NCBI RefSeq assembly: GCF_039654945.1
Contig: NW_027361766.1
Location: 11,284,001-11,348,000 of the forward strand
Reading direction: 5' to 3'
From: Dendrobates tinctorius
Taxonomy: Eukaryota
DNA length: 64,000 nucleotides
Every line of letters begins with the position of its first letter. Position 1 is the first letter of the stretch. Below, piece after piece: positions 51,897 to 64,000 of the stretch. Position numbers and translations under genes: made by a program. Below the pieces are notes generated by a model. It had not been told where the DNA came from, made no database searches, and saw nothing but the letters and a program-made list of their open reading frames with translations.

Positions 51897-52027
51897 GTGT
51901 TGCATGCAACCATCCCGACTCTGACTTTAAGAACAAGGACTGGGTCTTCATCAATTACACATACAAACGCTTTGAAGGGCTAACAGCCAGAGGAGCCATG
52001 CCAACCTTTAGCAAGCCCAGGAAGTGA
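51897..52027 (+). CDS. STK38: STK38 last coding exon (GVACNHPDSDFKNKDWVFINYTYKRFEGLTARGAMPTFSKPRK*)
   Basis: Hydrophobic motif FINYTY; TGA at 52025-52027. Confidence 0.96.
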
Positions 52028-54544
52028 TTCTGTCCAGACTTGTGCTCATTTTTTCTAAGCCTACGTTTTCTTATATGCTGGCATGGTTGATGCTCAAAAA
52101 ACACCATTGGAAAAATTCAAGCTTCCAAAATTTTATAGTCTGCATTTCTTGGAGAATACAACAAAACGGAGGCCATCCTGCAGATCATCATCCAGCATTG
52201 GAACAGCCGTGCGTAAAATCTGCATAATGCGATGTCTGGTTGTATCGTTGCCCCTTAGCCTCCTAGGTTACATCTGCAGCATTAAGGATTAGCCAAATTG
52301 TGTTACTGGTGCCCTTCAAATTTGCATAGAGTAATTTAACAAGAACGGAGGGTTGCTTGGTACTGAATCGAAGTTTGACTTGACTGTATACTGTATGTGT
52401 GTGTCCATAGCTTTAAGAGCGATGTTTAGCACCAGCTTTATTCTGCACTTATAATGCGTCAACTTGGCTATCTATGATCCTTTAAGTCAACAAACTTGGT
52501 ATTTGGGGACCCTTTTTCATGAAAGTGTGCTTTTGGACTTGGCCTATTTATTCAAGAACTATGTTCTCAGATATAAACGCGTGTGGAATATTTGGATTTT
52601 CTTTCTTCTTTTTTTTTACTTTTTGGTAATTGCTTTGAGAGAGTTGTTTGCTATAAAATGGCATAAAAGTGCTGTGTTTTGTTCTTTTTCCAATGGTATG
52701 CAACACTGAGATGTGGTGCCTTACTCATGAAAGGGCTAGTGTGTATGTGTGTGTATAATATATATATGGATGGTTGATGGCATTTTAATTGTGCCTATAT
52801 CTTTTTCCATTGATCTTTGATGTTAAAATGGCCCACTGTGATTTTCTGTGTGTAAAGAGGGGGAGGTGAGGTTTTTTTTTTTCTATCTTTTTGACCCTTT
52901 TTTTTGTAGAATTTCAAAGACTATTTTGTCTGGGTTTTATTTTGTTTGTTTCACAAACATGATGACCAAATGCACGCTAGTGTCTCCATCACATCATTAA
53001 TAGGTTCATACTCCAGGTTAAATACCCAGCAGGTCCATATTGGAACATGACTGCTCTCCCAATAGTGAGATGTCAGGTATGGCCAGTAATCATCAACAAG
53101 ACTTCCAACATGCATAAAATACTTTGTATTCGCATATAAAATGGGAATATATATGAAGTAAAAATTTTCTTTAATTCTGTGAATTTATTGTTAATACATA
53201 GCCATGTAGTAAATCAATTGGACATGAAATTAAATTGGTTTCAGGGTATGTGCACATGAGGTCTTAGGCTGATCCCGCCTCGAATCCACCTGAAGAGTAA
53301 AAAAAACCCGCTACAAAGGACGAATATAATGCTCAGGAAGTCGTGATGTGTTCCATCTTTTGTCACTTCTTCTAACCTCTTCAGGTTTCGAAAGTCAGGA
53401 ACTTGTTAAAGAAGTATCATGTTTAATTATTTTCTCACTATTTAAAGTTTAAGTTGCAAAAATAAAAAAATACACTGGCTGTAAAGCCAATGCAAGATCG
53501 ACAGACAGGACGCCAACAAAGACGATTCAGGAAAAACACCGCTGAGGTTTTCCTGAAGTGTCATCACCTTAGACAACTTGGCGGGCACACTGGCGTCTAA
53601 ATACCCCTATCCTCACTCTAGCTTGACTCCCCCTGACAAGGAACAAGGATAGATGGCATTTGCCAATGAGTGCACCATTCTATGATTCTCTCTTGGCTGC
53701 ATACAGTCATATCCTATTTTCTGGCCATAGACTTTAGCATCATGTTAGACGATCATGTCCATTATTATCGGATCTACTGTCAGTGTAATGTTTGTGATCC
53801 AGTTCTTTGGCAATGGAATGGAGTTTTCCTTCTTTTGTGCCCCCCACATTCCAAAGTTATGCTGTCTGGTGATTAAAGATGTAAATTGTCCCTTGAACTA
53901 ACTGGGCGTACAACAGACAACTCTTGAAGGTGCAGCCATTTTTTAATTGACCAGCATCAAAGGAGAAAATCGAACTCCCATAGGGCATTTCTGTGGTACA
54001 TGCTCAGTTGGTTGAAGAGAAAATTTGCACTATTACCAGAGGGTATATTTTTGCAACAGAGGCACAGGGGAAAAAAAACTGTTCCTGAATACATGGAATT
54101 ATGCCAATTTGGAGGAGATACTCAATTTAAATAAAAAAGAAAAAACTAAAGTAAGCATTTACTTATGCAATCACTTCTGTTTTCTGTGCATATAGGGGCA
54201 GGTTTATCAAAGAAAATTGTGTCCCATGGTGACCAATCACACCTTAGCTTTCATTTTTCCAAATCTGTTTAAGAACTCAATTCTGAGATCTGATTTGGTT
54301 GCTGTTGTGGGCCACGAGAACAGTCTTTCTTTAAGACCACTTAGATAAATGATGCCTATAGAGTATAAACGCTTGCATTGATTTAGATCAGTTCCAGCTA
54401 TGCATTTGGCCGTGTCTTGTACCAGAAGTTTAAGAGGGAGACACGGTACTCTTGAGGCTTTTCTGTAAAGCAGAGCAATTAGACCACTGCACAGCTCCAC
54501 AACGGAACACGTCTGGAAACTGTTGACACTGGGAAGAGCTTACA

Positions 54545-56134
54545 CAGTTGGGAAAATAAGTATTCAATACACTGCCGATTTTGCAAGTTTTCCTACCTAC
54601 AAAGAATGGAAAGGTATCATAGGCACACTTCAACTGTGAGAGACGGAATCTTTTAAAAAAAAAAAAAAAAAATCCAGAAAATCATATGATATGATTTTTA
54701 CATAATTAATTTGCATTTTATTGCAAGAAATAAGTATGTGATACAATAGAAAAGGAGAACTTAATATGTGGTACAGACACCTTTTGTATGCAATTAGTGG
54801 TCAGACGTTTCCTGTAGTTTCTGACCAAGGTTGGTACACACTGCAGCAGGGAAATTGGCCCACTCCTCCATACAGATCTTCTCCAGCTCTTTCAGGTTTC
54901 ACGGTTGTCGCTGGACAACATTGAGCTTTAGCTCCCTCCAAAGATTTTCTATAGCGTTCAGGTCTGGAGACTGGCTGCGACATTCCAGGATCTTGAACTG
55001 CTTGCTTCTTACGAAGCCACTCTTTAGTTGACCTGTCTGTGTGTTTTGGGTCATTGTCATGCTGGAAGACTCAGCCATGACTTGAGTTCAGTGCTCTTAC
55101 TGAGGGAAGGAGATTGTTGGCCAAAATATTGCGATACATGACCACCTCCATCCTCCCTTCAATACAGTGTAGTCGTCCTCTCCCCATTACAGAAAAGCAA
55201 CCCAAAGTATGATGTTTTCCCCACCATGCTTCACTGGTGGGACAATGTTCTTTGAATTGTACTCCTCCTTCCACCAAACATGGTGAGTTGATTCCAAAAA
55301 GTTCTTTTTTGGCTTCCTCTCACCACATGACCTCCCATGCCTCCTCTGGATCATCCATTTGGTCATTGGCGAACTTCAAGCGGCCCTGAACATGTGCTGG
55401 TATGAGCAGGGGAACATTGCATGTCCTGCAGAATTTTAATCCATGACGGCGTAGTGTGTTGCTAACGGTAATGTTTGAGACACTGGTCCCAGCTTTCTTC
55501 AGGTCATTGACCAGGTCCTCCCGTGTAGTTATTTGATGATTCTTGGCTTTTCCCAGAATCTTCTTTACCGCATGAGGCGAGATCTTGCATGGAGCTCCAG
55601 ACTGAGGAAGATTGAGAGTCATCTTGTGCTTCTTCCATTTTCTAATAATTGTGCCAACAGTTGTTGCCTTCTCACCAAACTGCTTGCCTACAGTTCTGTT
55701 GCCCATCTCAGCCTCGTGCAGGTCTACAATTTTGTCCCTGGTGTCCTTAGACAGCTCTTTGGTCTTGGCCATAGTGGAGAGGTTAGCGTGTGATAGATGG
55801 AGTATGTGGACAGGTGTCTATTTATACAGGTAACGAGTTCAAACAGGTGCCGTTAATACAGGTAATGAGTGCAGAGTAGGAGGGCTTCTTAAAGAAAAAT
55901 TAACCCGTCTGCGAGAGCCAGAATTCTTGCTGGTTGGTAGTTGATCAAATACTTATTTCATGCAATAAAATGCTAATTATGTAAAAATACAATATATTTT
56001 TCTGTTTTTTATTCTTTGATTCTGTTTCTCATAGTTGAAGTGTACCTAGGATAAAAGTTACAGACCTTCCCCATTCTTTGTAGGTGGGAAATCTTGCATA
56101 ATCGGCTGTGTACCAAATACGTATTTTCCCACTG
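54545..56134 (-). mobile_element. Tc1 transposon, decayed
   Basis: Imperfect long TIRs cagttgggaaaataagtatt / aatacgtattttcccactg; ORF remnant [19 protein letters not shown] (55320-55772). Confidence 0.9.
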
Positions 56135-58118
56135 TATATGTAGGGTCCTGGCTTTTTCAGCCCCAAATTTCAGATTTTGATGACCTATCCTAAAAATAGT
56201 CAATTTGAACCATATTTTAGATAATGATAAAATACTATGTCTCCGAGTCACCAAGACTGGTGTCTTGATGAACAGTGCTCTTGAGTAATTGAAGTAAGGC
56301 GTCCGCCTGTTAATGAATTTAGTTACTCTTCCAGCTGCTATGCACAGTCGTAAGAAGTATATTTTTGTCGCAGACTGTAGTACATTTCTGTTGTAATTCA
56401 CAATGTAAAATATAATACATTCTGTTGCCCATCCCCATTCTTCTAAGATCTGCTTATTCCTCAAAGTTGGTTCAGCTAGCCCAGAATGTATCGAAAAGCC
56501 GAAAATTGCTACATTATGTGAAATTATCAAGTTTTTGGAAAAAAGTTGGCGTAAACTGCTAATGAAGCATTTGTATGCTCCAAGTCTCCACCTTTCTGAC
56601 ATCGTGCAACATATAACTACGGTAAATAAGGATGAGGTGCAATACCTGACAAAACCTATTCAAATAGATGGGAGTGAAAGACCCCAATGTCTCATTGACA
56701 TGTTCTAAAATCATTTTTGGCAATGAAACATATTCATTCTAGAATGGAGTTTGAAAAACATTGTAATATTCTTTGTTTCATTTCATAGTTGTTTTTAAGA
56801 TCTGTTAGTAGTCAATGAATGGCATTGTTCATTATCTACATCTATATAGAGAAAACCCGTCTTAATTTTGTCCCGTTGACCCAACTGCCTAGCACAATAC
56901 ACTTGGGCTAGTTTTACAGATGGTCACAGTCTGGACTCTGATATCTGGACTGATCGCTGGTCTTCTGACCCAAACTCCATAGTATCATATATGCCTATGA
57001 GGCTGCTGAATGTGTGTTAGGAGACCCCACGGTCTATCCATATTTGGGCCATGAATGTCAGAGTCGTGAACTGGCAGTCAGGATGGCACCACACACTATG
57101 GGTGGCTAGGTGTGCGTAACTCTGCCCACCTGTGGTAGTCAGTGACCACATGGCCCCTGCGGGTTGTTGAAGTTCCGGCCACAAAGAAAACTGAATGTGA
57201 GGTGTCCTACCCTCCCCCTCAATCAGCAGTACACCCTGTGATACCTGCACATGATTAGGGAATCTTTTTGAGCTTGTGGGTGTGAATATTTAATAAAGTT
57301 AAAATTGTAGTACAATTGAAATTTAATAAATTGATAATTCTGACTTCGTCAACTTGAAACGCAAAGAATATTAACGCTGCACAACTTCTCATACAATAAT
57401 TCAGCTGCTGTCTACATTACCCATCATGATATGATATTTTGAATGCCTTCATATGATCATGTCTCACACATATATAGTGAGTATATTTTTATCACTCCAC
57501 TTATGAAGCCATGGCATTGGGCATATAGAATTTGCACAACTTTTACCTTTTGCACATGTGAATTTATGTAAAAGCGGAGGAGCCTGAATATTGTTATATG
57601 CATTAAATGTCCACTTCATTTTTTATATATATTATACACACACCCTTCAGTTCTTAATTGCACTTTTCTTAACAAAATTTTTACAGTTTTCTACTGCCAG
57701 GATAATTTCTTACTCTTTGATAGGGTTGAAAAAATGTACAAAGAGACAATGTTATGTATATTTAAGTATTCGATAGACCAGGCCTTTTTCCTAATCCTTA
57801 GCAATACCTTTAATGGGAAATGGCTCAGTATCTGGTTTGTGCGATACATGTGTATATGCGCCTGGTGCAAAGTAAATGATAGTAAAATGCTTTTCTAGCT
57901 TCTCAAACGCAAGACAGACCAATCTTTTTCTATAGTATTAAATTCTTATTCCCACATGCTAGTATTCATTTCCAGTTGTCCATCGTCGCCCAGTCTCTGA
58001 TGTACAGGTGTTTTATGTAGTTGCACTGTATGATTTTCCACAAACTACCTGTTTTGGGGAAAAAATGTAGACTCTTCTGATCTGTGTTTCTATGCATGTA
58101 ATGTCTGTCATTTTTAAA

Positions 58119-58124
58119 AATAAA
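58119..58124 (+). terminator. Candidate STK38 polyadenylation signal (AATAAA)
   Basis: AATAAA followed by a T/GT-rich tract ~20-40 nt downstream, at the end of UTR-like sequence. Other AATAAA sites occur upstream. Confidence 0.4.
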
Positions 58125-58681
58125 GTTTGTAAAAAAAATGAATTTTTTGTTTTGTTTCCTTAAACAAACTTATATCGATAATGGAGGGAAAAATGTGGGA
58201 AATTAAGTGATCTGCTAGGACGGCATACTCCATTTCCCAATTTTTCCCACTTGCCTGCACCAATGGTCATCGATCCACACCACTGGTTTGCCTATTTGCC
58301 TGACCGTTCGGGTATAGAACTGCAGCAGTCTTCTTCTACCTAGTCCAGAGATGAGCACCTATCATTCTAGCTGCATCACTCCTGTTCCTATCACGTAACA
58401 TCCATATCCATATCTGAAGTGACTCAAGGTCTGTTTTTATCTTCTAGCAGCTTAACGTTGCATGGAATCGGATTCAGCCATAGCTAAACTGCTAGAAAAT
58501 TTCACAATAGGTAAAATAGAAATTTTTTAAATGTTTTGTGAAACCCAAAACCAAATATTAGTGGTATTTCCATGCCTTTTAGTATGGGCAATGTGTTGGA
58601 CCTAGCCTGAACACTGATAACACTGACTACAGGCGCACTAACCTTTGGCACGCAGATCCCTAAAGTGGCTCACGTCACCTA

Positions 58682-60304
58682 CAGTTAGGTCCATATATAT
58701 TTGAACAGAAACAACATTTTTCTAATTTTTGGTTCTAGACATTACCACAATGAATTTTAAACAAAACAATTCAGATGCAGTTGAAGTTCAGACTTTCAGC
58801 TTTCATTTGAGGGTATCCACATTTAAAATTGGATGAAGGGTTTAGGAGTTTCAGCTCCTTAACATGTGCCACCCTGTTTATAAAGGGACCAAAAGTAATT
58901 GGACAGATTAAATGTAAATAAAAATGTTCATTTCTAGTACTTGGTTGAAAACCCTTTGCTGGCAATGACTGCCTGAAGTCTTGAACTCATGGACATCACC
59001 AGACGCTGTGTTTCCTCCTTTTTGATGCTCTGCCAGGCCTTCACTGCGGTGGTTTTCAGTTGCTGTTTGTGGGCCTTTCTTTCTGAAGTTTAGTCTTTAA
59101 CAAGTGAAATGCATGCTCAATTGGGTTGAGATCAGGTGACTGACTTGGTCATTCAAGAATATTCCACTTCTTTGCTTTAATAAACTCCTGGGTTGCTTTG
59201 GCTTTATGTTTTGGGTCATTGGTTGTCGTTTCATACTACAGATGGACAATCAGTTTGGCTGGATCTGAGCACACAGTATGGCTCTGAATATCTCAGAATT
59301 CATTCGGCTGCTTCTGTCCTGTGTCAAATCATCAATAAACACTAGTGACCCAGTGCCACTGGCAGCCATGCATGCCCAAGCCATCACACTGCCTCCGCCG
59401 TGTTTTACAGATGATGTGGTATGCTTTGGATCATGAGCTGTACCACGCCTTCGCCATACTTTTCTCTTTCCATGATTCTGGTAGAGGTTGATCTTGGTTT
59501 CATCTGTCCAAAGAATGTTCTTCCAGAACTGTGCTGGCTTTTTTAGATGTTTTTTAGCAAAGTCCAGTCTAGCCTTTTAATTCTTGATGCTTATGAGTGG
59601 CTTGCATCGTGCAGTGAACCCTCTGTATTTACTTTCGTGCAGTCTTCTCTTTATGGTAGATTTGGATATTGATACGCCTACCTCCTGGAGAGTGTTGTTT
59701 ACTTGGTTGGCTGTTGTGAAGGTGTTTCTCTTCACCATGGAGATTATTCTGCGATCATCCACCACTGTTGTCTTCCGTTGGCGCCCAGGTCTTTTTGCAT
59801 TGATGAGTTCACCAGTGCTTTCTTTCTCAGGATGTACCAAACTGTAGATTTTGCCACTCCTAATGTTGTAGCAATTTCTCAGATGGGTTTTTTCTGTTTT
59901 TGCAGCTTAAGGATGGCTTGTTTCACCTGCATGGAGAGCTCCTTTGACCGAATGTTTCCTTCACAAGAAAAAACTTCCAAATGCAAGTACCACACCTCAA
60001 ATCAACTCCAGGCCTTTTACCTGCTTAATTGAGAATGACATAATAATGGGATTGCCCACACCTGTCCATGAAATAGCCTTGGAGTCAATTGTCCAATTAC
60101 TTTTGGTCCCTTTAAAAACAGGGTGGCACATGTTAAGGAGCTGAAACTCCTAAACCCTTCATCCAATTTTAACGTGGATACCCTCAAATGAAAGTCTGAA
60201 CTTCAACTGCATCTGAATTGTTTTGTTTAAAATTCCTTGTGGTAGTGTCTAGAACCAAAATTAGAAAAATGTTGTCTCTGTCCAAATATATATGGACCTA
60301 ACTG
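58682..60304 (-). mobile_element. Tc1 transposon with ~220-bp TIRs, internally deleted and decayed
   Basis: cagttaggtccatatatattt / aaatatatatggacctaactg; TA TSD; remnant KRPGRQRKTTVVDDRRI...TIKRRLHE. Confidence 0.92.
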
Positions 60305-60737
60305 TATGTAACTTTTTAAATCTGTGCTCTTCTTACCATAGCACAGGATGACTAGGGATCAGTCTTGTAATTACAACTTCCGGCTAAGCTCACCAATTTT
60401 TATTTTTTTTTTATACTGGAGTTGTCTTCAGTGCTGCTGGTGGAGTCCTGAAGGATAAGCGCATTCGGCTGTCCCCCTGATAGTGTACACCACCTAACTT
60501 ATATCAAAATGAACAAGTCTTGGATCTCCAATGACTTTTGCAGATTTGGGAGCGCAGAATTTGCTGAATTACTTTTGGTGGGTGAGAAGCAATTTCGCTT
60601 TTCCAGAGCCTTTGTGCTACCAGTAACGTGGAAGCCCCCTATATATCCGTTAACAGATAACTGATCTGAGTGAAGACTTTCTCTTTTTGTGGATTGAGTT
60701 GAAGCTTTTATTGGGAACATTTTACATAACGTTTGCA

Positions 60738-62387
60738 ATCACATTTATCCAGCACTCTATGCTGAGCACTTACTTTGGGGTTTCTATCTAAATCTTTAAG
60801 TGACGTGATTATGAGGAAGCAGAGTTACTCTGGACTCCATCTGGCCTCTGTTCAGCGGTGTCCTTTTCAGAAGTGCACAAAACTGTGGCCGACGGCACTT
60901 TTATGCAATCCTAAAAATATAGACACTGCCAGATCACAGGTTAGATGGCGTCCACCGTGCCTCCATCTGCCTCATTATTGGGAATCTTCAGCCTGGGGTT
61001 TTGTCCGATTCAGGTATTTCAAAGACTTACACCAAAACCCCGATGTAAGGGTGGCACCCCTGAGGCTTCAGTTGCCACAGAGGTACTGCACCTCCTCTTG
61101 AGGTGCGGTGCCCCGCCATCCAGGTAAGGTGGGAACTCCTAACCACGCTCCAACACTCGCATCCCACACAACATGGTAGTTCAGCAAAGCCACATTGCGG
61201 CTCCTTGCTTAGTAGCAGAGCACCTTTGGTGGTTCCCTGCTTGGAACACGAAACGTGCTGGGAGGTGGGTGGAGTTTAGAATACATAAAGAGCGGGAAGA
61301 GTTAGTCGGAGAGAGTCGCTTGGAGAGGAGTGAGGATCCCTGGAAGAGGGAGGAAGGAGTGCTGCAGCTGCCTCAATGATCTGACCCAGCTGGCACAGGA
61401 AAGGAAAGAAGGAGAAAGACATTGGACTGGAACCTGACCTTCTATGAGAGAGAGGGATTAGTACGGAACGGAGTAAAAGGGAACAGAGAGGACATGGGTT
61501 AGAGGAGAACCCTGCCTAGAAGTTCTAAGCGCAAGCCCGGGGCCCGGTCCCCGAGGTTGTATGGACACTAATGGTTCTGCAGCAGACACCGGTGGAGTAG
61601 TGGGCTGTAAATGCACTACTCTCATCTAAGACTTGGGGGCACAACAGCAACTTGGATAGTGAGCCGGGACTCAGGAGTAAGTAGTCCCCGAAGCAGGCTA
61701 CAGCTTTCTGCCGTACAAGTATAGTTCTTGGGAACATCTGTCAGGAGGCACTCCAGTGTAACTCAGTACTAGGAGTACTTCACTTAAAGGCGCTATAGAG
61801 GAGACGTTCAGAAAGGTACATGTTGGCGGAGTGTTGGAAGGGTGCATCCTATCTTGCCTGGATGTTGACAGAGCCCAGGACCCGGAGGACACAGCACAGA
61901 GGCAGGCATATGTGTGAGCTGCAGACTGTGAGTAAAGCTTTGGAACTACATGCCCTGGTGTCCTCCACTTATTCCCGCATCACTACACCCCGCACTACTA
62001 CATCTGGGCACCGGCATCTACACTGCCTGTGCCTCTCCTCCATTGCTACATCTACACTGCCCTGAGACTACAGCCGCTCCACCTGCGGGGAGCTTCACCA
62101 TCTTGACTGCAACCCACCACCAGTCCCAGAGGATCTGCATGCAGCGTCGGCCTAACACCTCACTTGCCGAACACCACAGGTGGCGTCACGAACTATTCAT
62201 AAACTTTATTTCATTGTTCATTCATCCCCTTTTTGCCATGGAGCCCCAGGGCCACGGACCAGGTCACAGCTTCCATGACAACTCCCAATGAGATCAACGG
62301 GCCCGGTACCGAGTACCCCGCTAGGCCCTGGTGGGGGCGCTCCGTAAACGCTCAGCACAGAGCGCAGGATAAATGTGTGCTGAGCCT
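60738..62387. mobile_element. Harbinger-like MITE interrupted by a solo LTR
   Basis: Left arm cacatttatccagcactctatgctgagc; right arm gctcagcacagagcgcaggataaatgtgtgctgagcc+tta. Confidence 0.6.
61050..62344 (+). mobile_element. Probable solo LTR (Gypsy-like)
   Basis: Ends ggtggcacccc / ggggcgctccg (degenerate TG..CA inverted ends); 4-bp TSD taag/taaa; removing it restores the MITE arm; internal agtaaa. Confidence 0.6.
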
Positions 62388-63049
62388 TACTGTGATCTTT
62401 GGGAGGCAGAATGAAAAAAATAATAGCATGTGAAGAATTGGTTTTATATATTGTTTATGCCGTTCCTCATCTGGTATAAGTGATTAGGCGACTTTATTCT
62501 TTGAGTCTGTGCGATTACAGTGATACCAGATTTATATCGGGTTTTTATGTTTGGCTGCTGTGATACTGTAAAAGATTCTTTTTATTGCAAAAAATAGTTT
62601 ATGCATCACCACATTTTGAGAGCTATAATTTTTCCATATTTTGGCCCACAAAGTCATGTTAGGTCTTGTTTTTTGCGGGACAAGTTAACAATTTTATTGG
62701 CACCATCTTCTGGCACACGATAACTTTTGATCGCTTTCTATTCCGAATGAACAAAATTAGCAAAAATAGAATGAGCAAAACCCAGCAATTCAGGAATTTC
62801 TTCTTTTTTTTTTGGTGGGGGGGGGGGAGACGTTCCATGTGTGGTAAAATTGATAAAGCAGTTTTATTCTTTCGGTCAGTACGATTACAGTGATAACTCA
62901 TACTCATTTATGTTTTTTTTTTTAAGTTTTGGTGCTTTTATACAATAAAAGCTTCTTTATAGAAAAAATGATTATTTTTGCATTGCTTTATTGTGAGAGC
63001 TATAACTTTTTTATTTTTCCACTGATAGAGATGTAGAGGTGCAAAACCG

Positions 63050-64000
63050 GCGAAATAAGATAGATTAATCTACGGGTCCGGATGGCATACACCCACGAGT
63101 ACTAAGAGAACTAAGTAATGTAATAGACAAGCCATTATTTCTTATATTTAGGGACTCTATAGCGACGGTGTCTGTTCCACAGGACGCATAGCAAATGTGG
63201 TACCAATATTCAAAAAGGGCTCTAAAAGTGAACCTGGACATTATAGGCCATTAAGTCTAATCTCTATTGTTGGTAAAATATTTGAAGGGTTTCTGAGAAA
63301 TGTTATTCTGGATTATCTCAATGAGAATAACTGTTTAACTCCATATCAGCATGGGTTTATGAGGAATCGCTCCTGTCAAACCAATCTAATCAGTTTTTAT
63401 GAAGAAGTAAGCTATAGACTGGATCAAGGTGAGTCATTGGACGTGGTATATCTTGATTTTTCCAAAGCGTTTGAAACCGTGCCACACAAGAGGTTGGTAC
63501 ATAAAATGAGAATACTGGGTCTGGGAGAAAATGTGTGTAAATAGGTAAGTAACTGGCTTAATGATATGAAGCAGAGGGTGGTTATAAATGGCTTATTCTC
63601 TACTGGATCGCTGTGACCAGTGGGGTACCGCAGGGGTCGGTGTTGGGACCTATTCTCTTCAACATATTTATTAACGATGTGGTAATATTAATATTTGCAG
63701 ATAATACAAAACTATGTAAAGCAGTCAATACAAGCGAAGATAGTATTCTGCTAAAGATGGATCTGGATAAGTTGCAAACTTGGGCTGAAAGGTGGCAGAT
63801 GCGATTTATCAATGATAAATGTAAGGTTATACACATGGGAAGAAGGAATCAATAGCCCCATTACACACTGAACGGGAAACCACTGGGTAAATCTTACATG
63901 GAGAAGGACTTGGGGATCCAAGTTAATGATAAACTTTCCTGGAGCAGCCAGTGCCAGGCAGCAGCTACCAAGGCAGACAGGATCATGGGGTGCATTAAAA
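63050..64000 (+). mobile_element. CR1 ORF2 RT fragment, decayed, runs off the window
   Basis: VPIFKKG, YRPLSLIS, QHGF, SCQTNL, GVPQGSVLGP; related to the CR1 at 21527. Confidence 0.9.

Noticed and set aside
56009-56602. 197-aa ORF on the minus strand
   Set aside because: No recognisable domain, overlaps a Tc1 TIR and has low-information composition; likely chance.

Overview
Vertebrate genomic DNA, most likely a frog judging by the repeat content. The window carries the last 11 coding exons of STK38 (NDR1 kinase) on the + strand (6354-52027). The first coding exons lie upstream of the window, and a probably long 3' UTR follows. The introns are packed with transposable elements, often nested: a young Neptune-type Penelope-like element (RT + GIY-YIG) with a >=1029-bp inverted duplication of its 3' part and a pLTR-like tail holding a hammerhead-ribozyme-like motif; three CR1 LINE copies; an L2 3' end; a V-SINE; two hAT transposons; a decayed DIRS element with intact ITR/ICR; three Tc1 elements (one with an open DD34E ORF); a probable solo LTR; and many Harbinger, Kolobok, hAT, Tc2 and piggyBac-like non-autonomous elements. 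There is a 221-N assembly gap. The most unusual part is the Penelope module at 1-5400. All family assignments come from motifs and termini read by eye, not from database searches.
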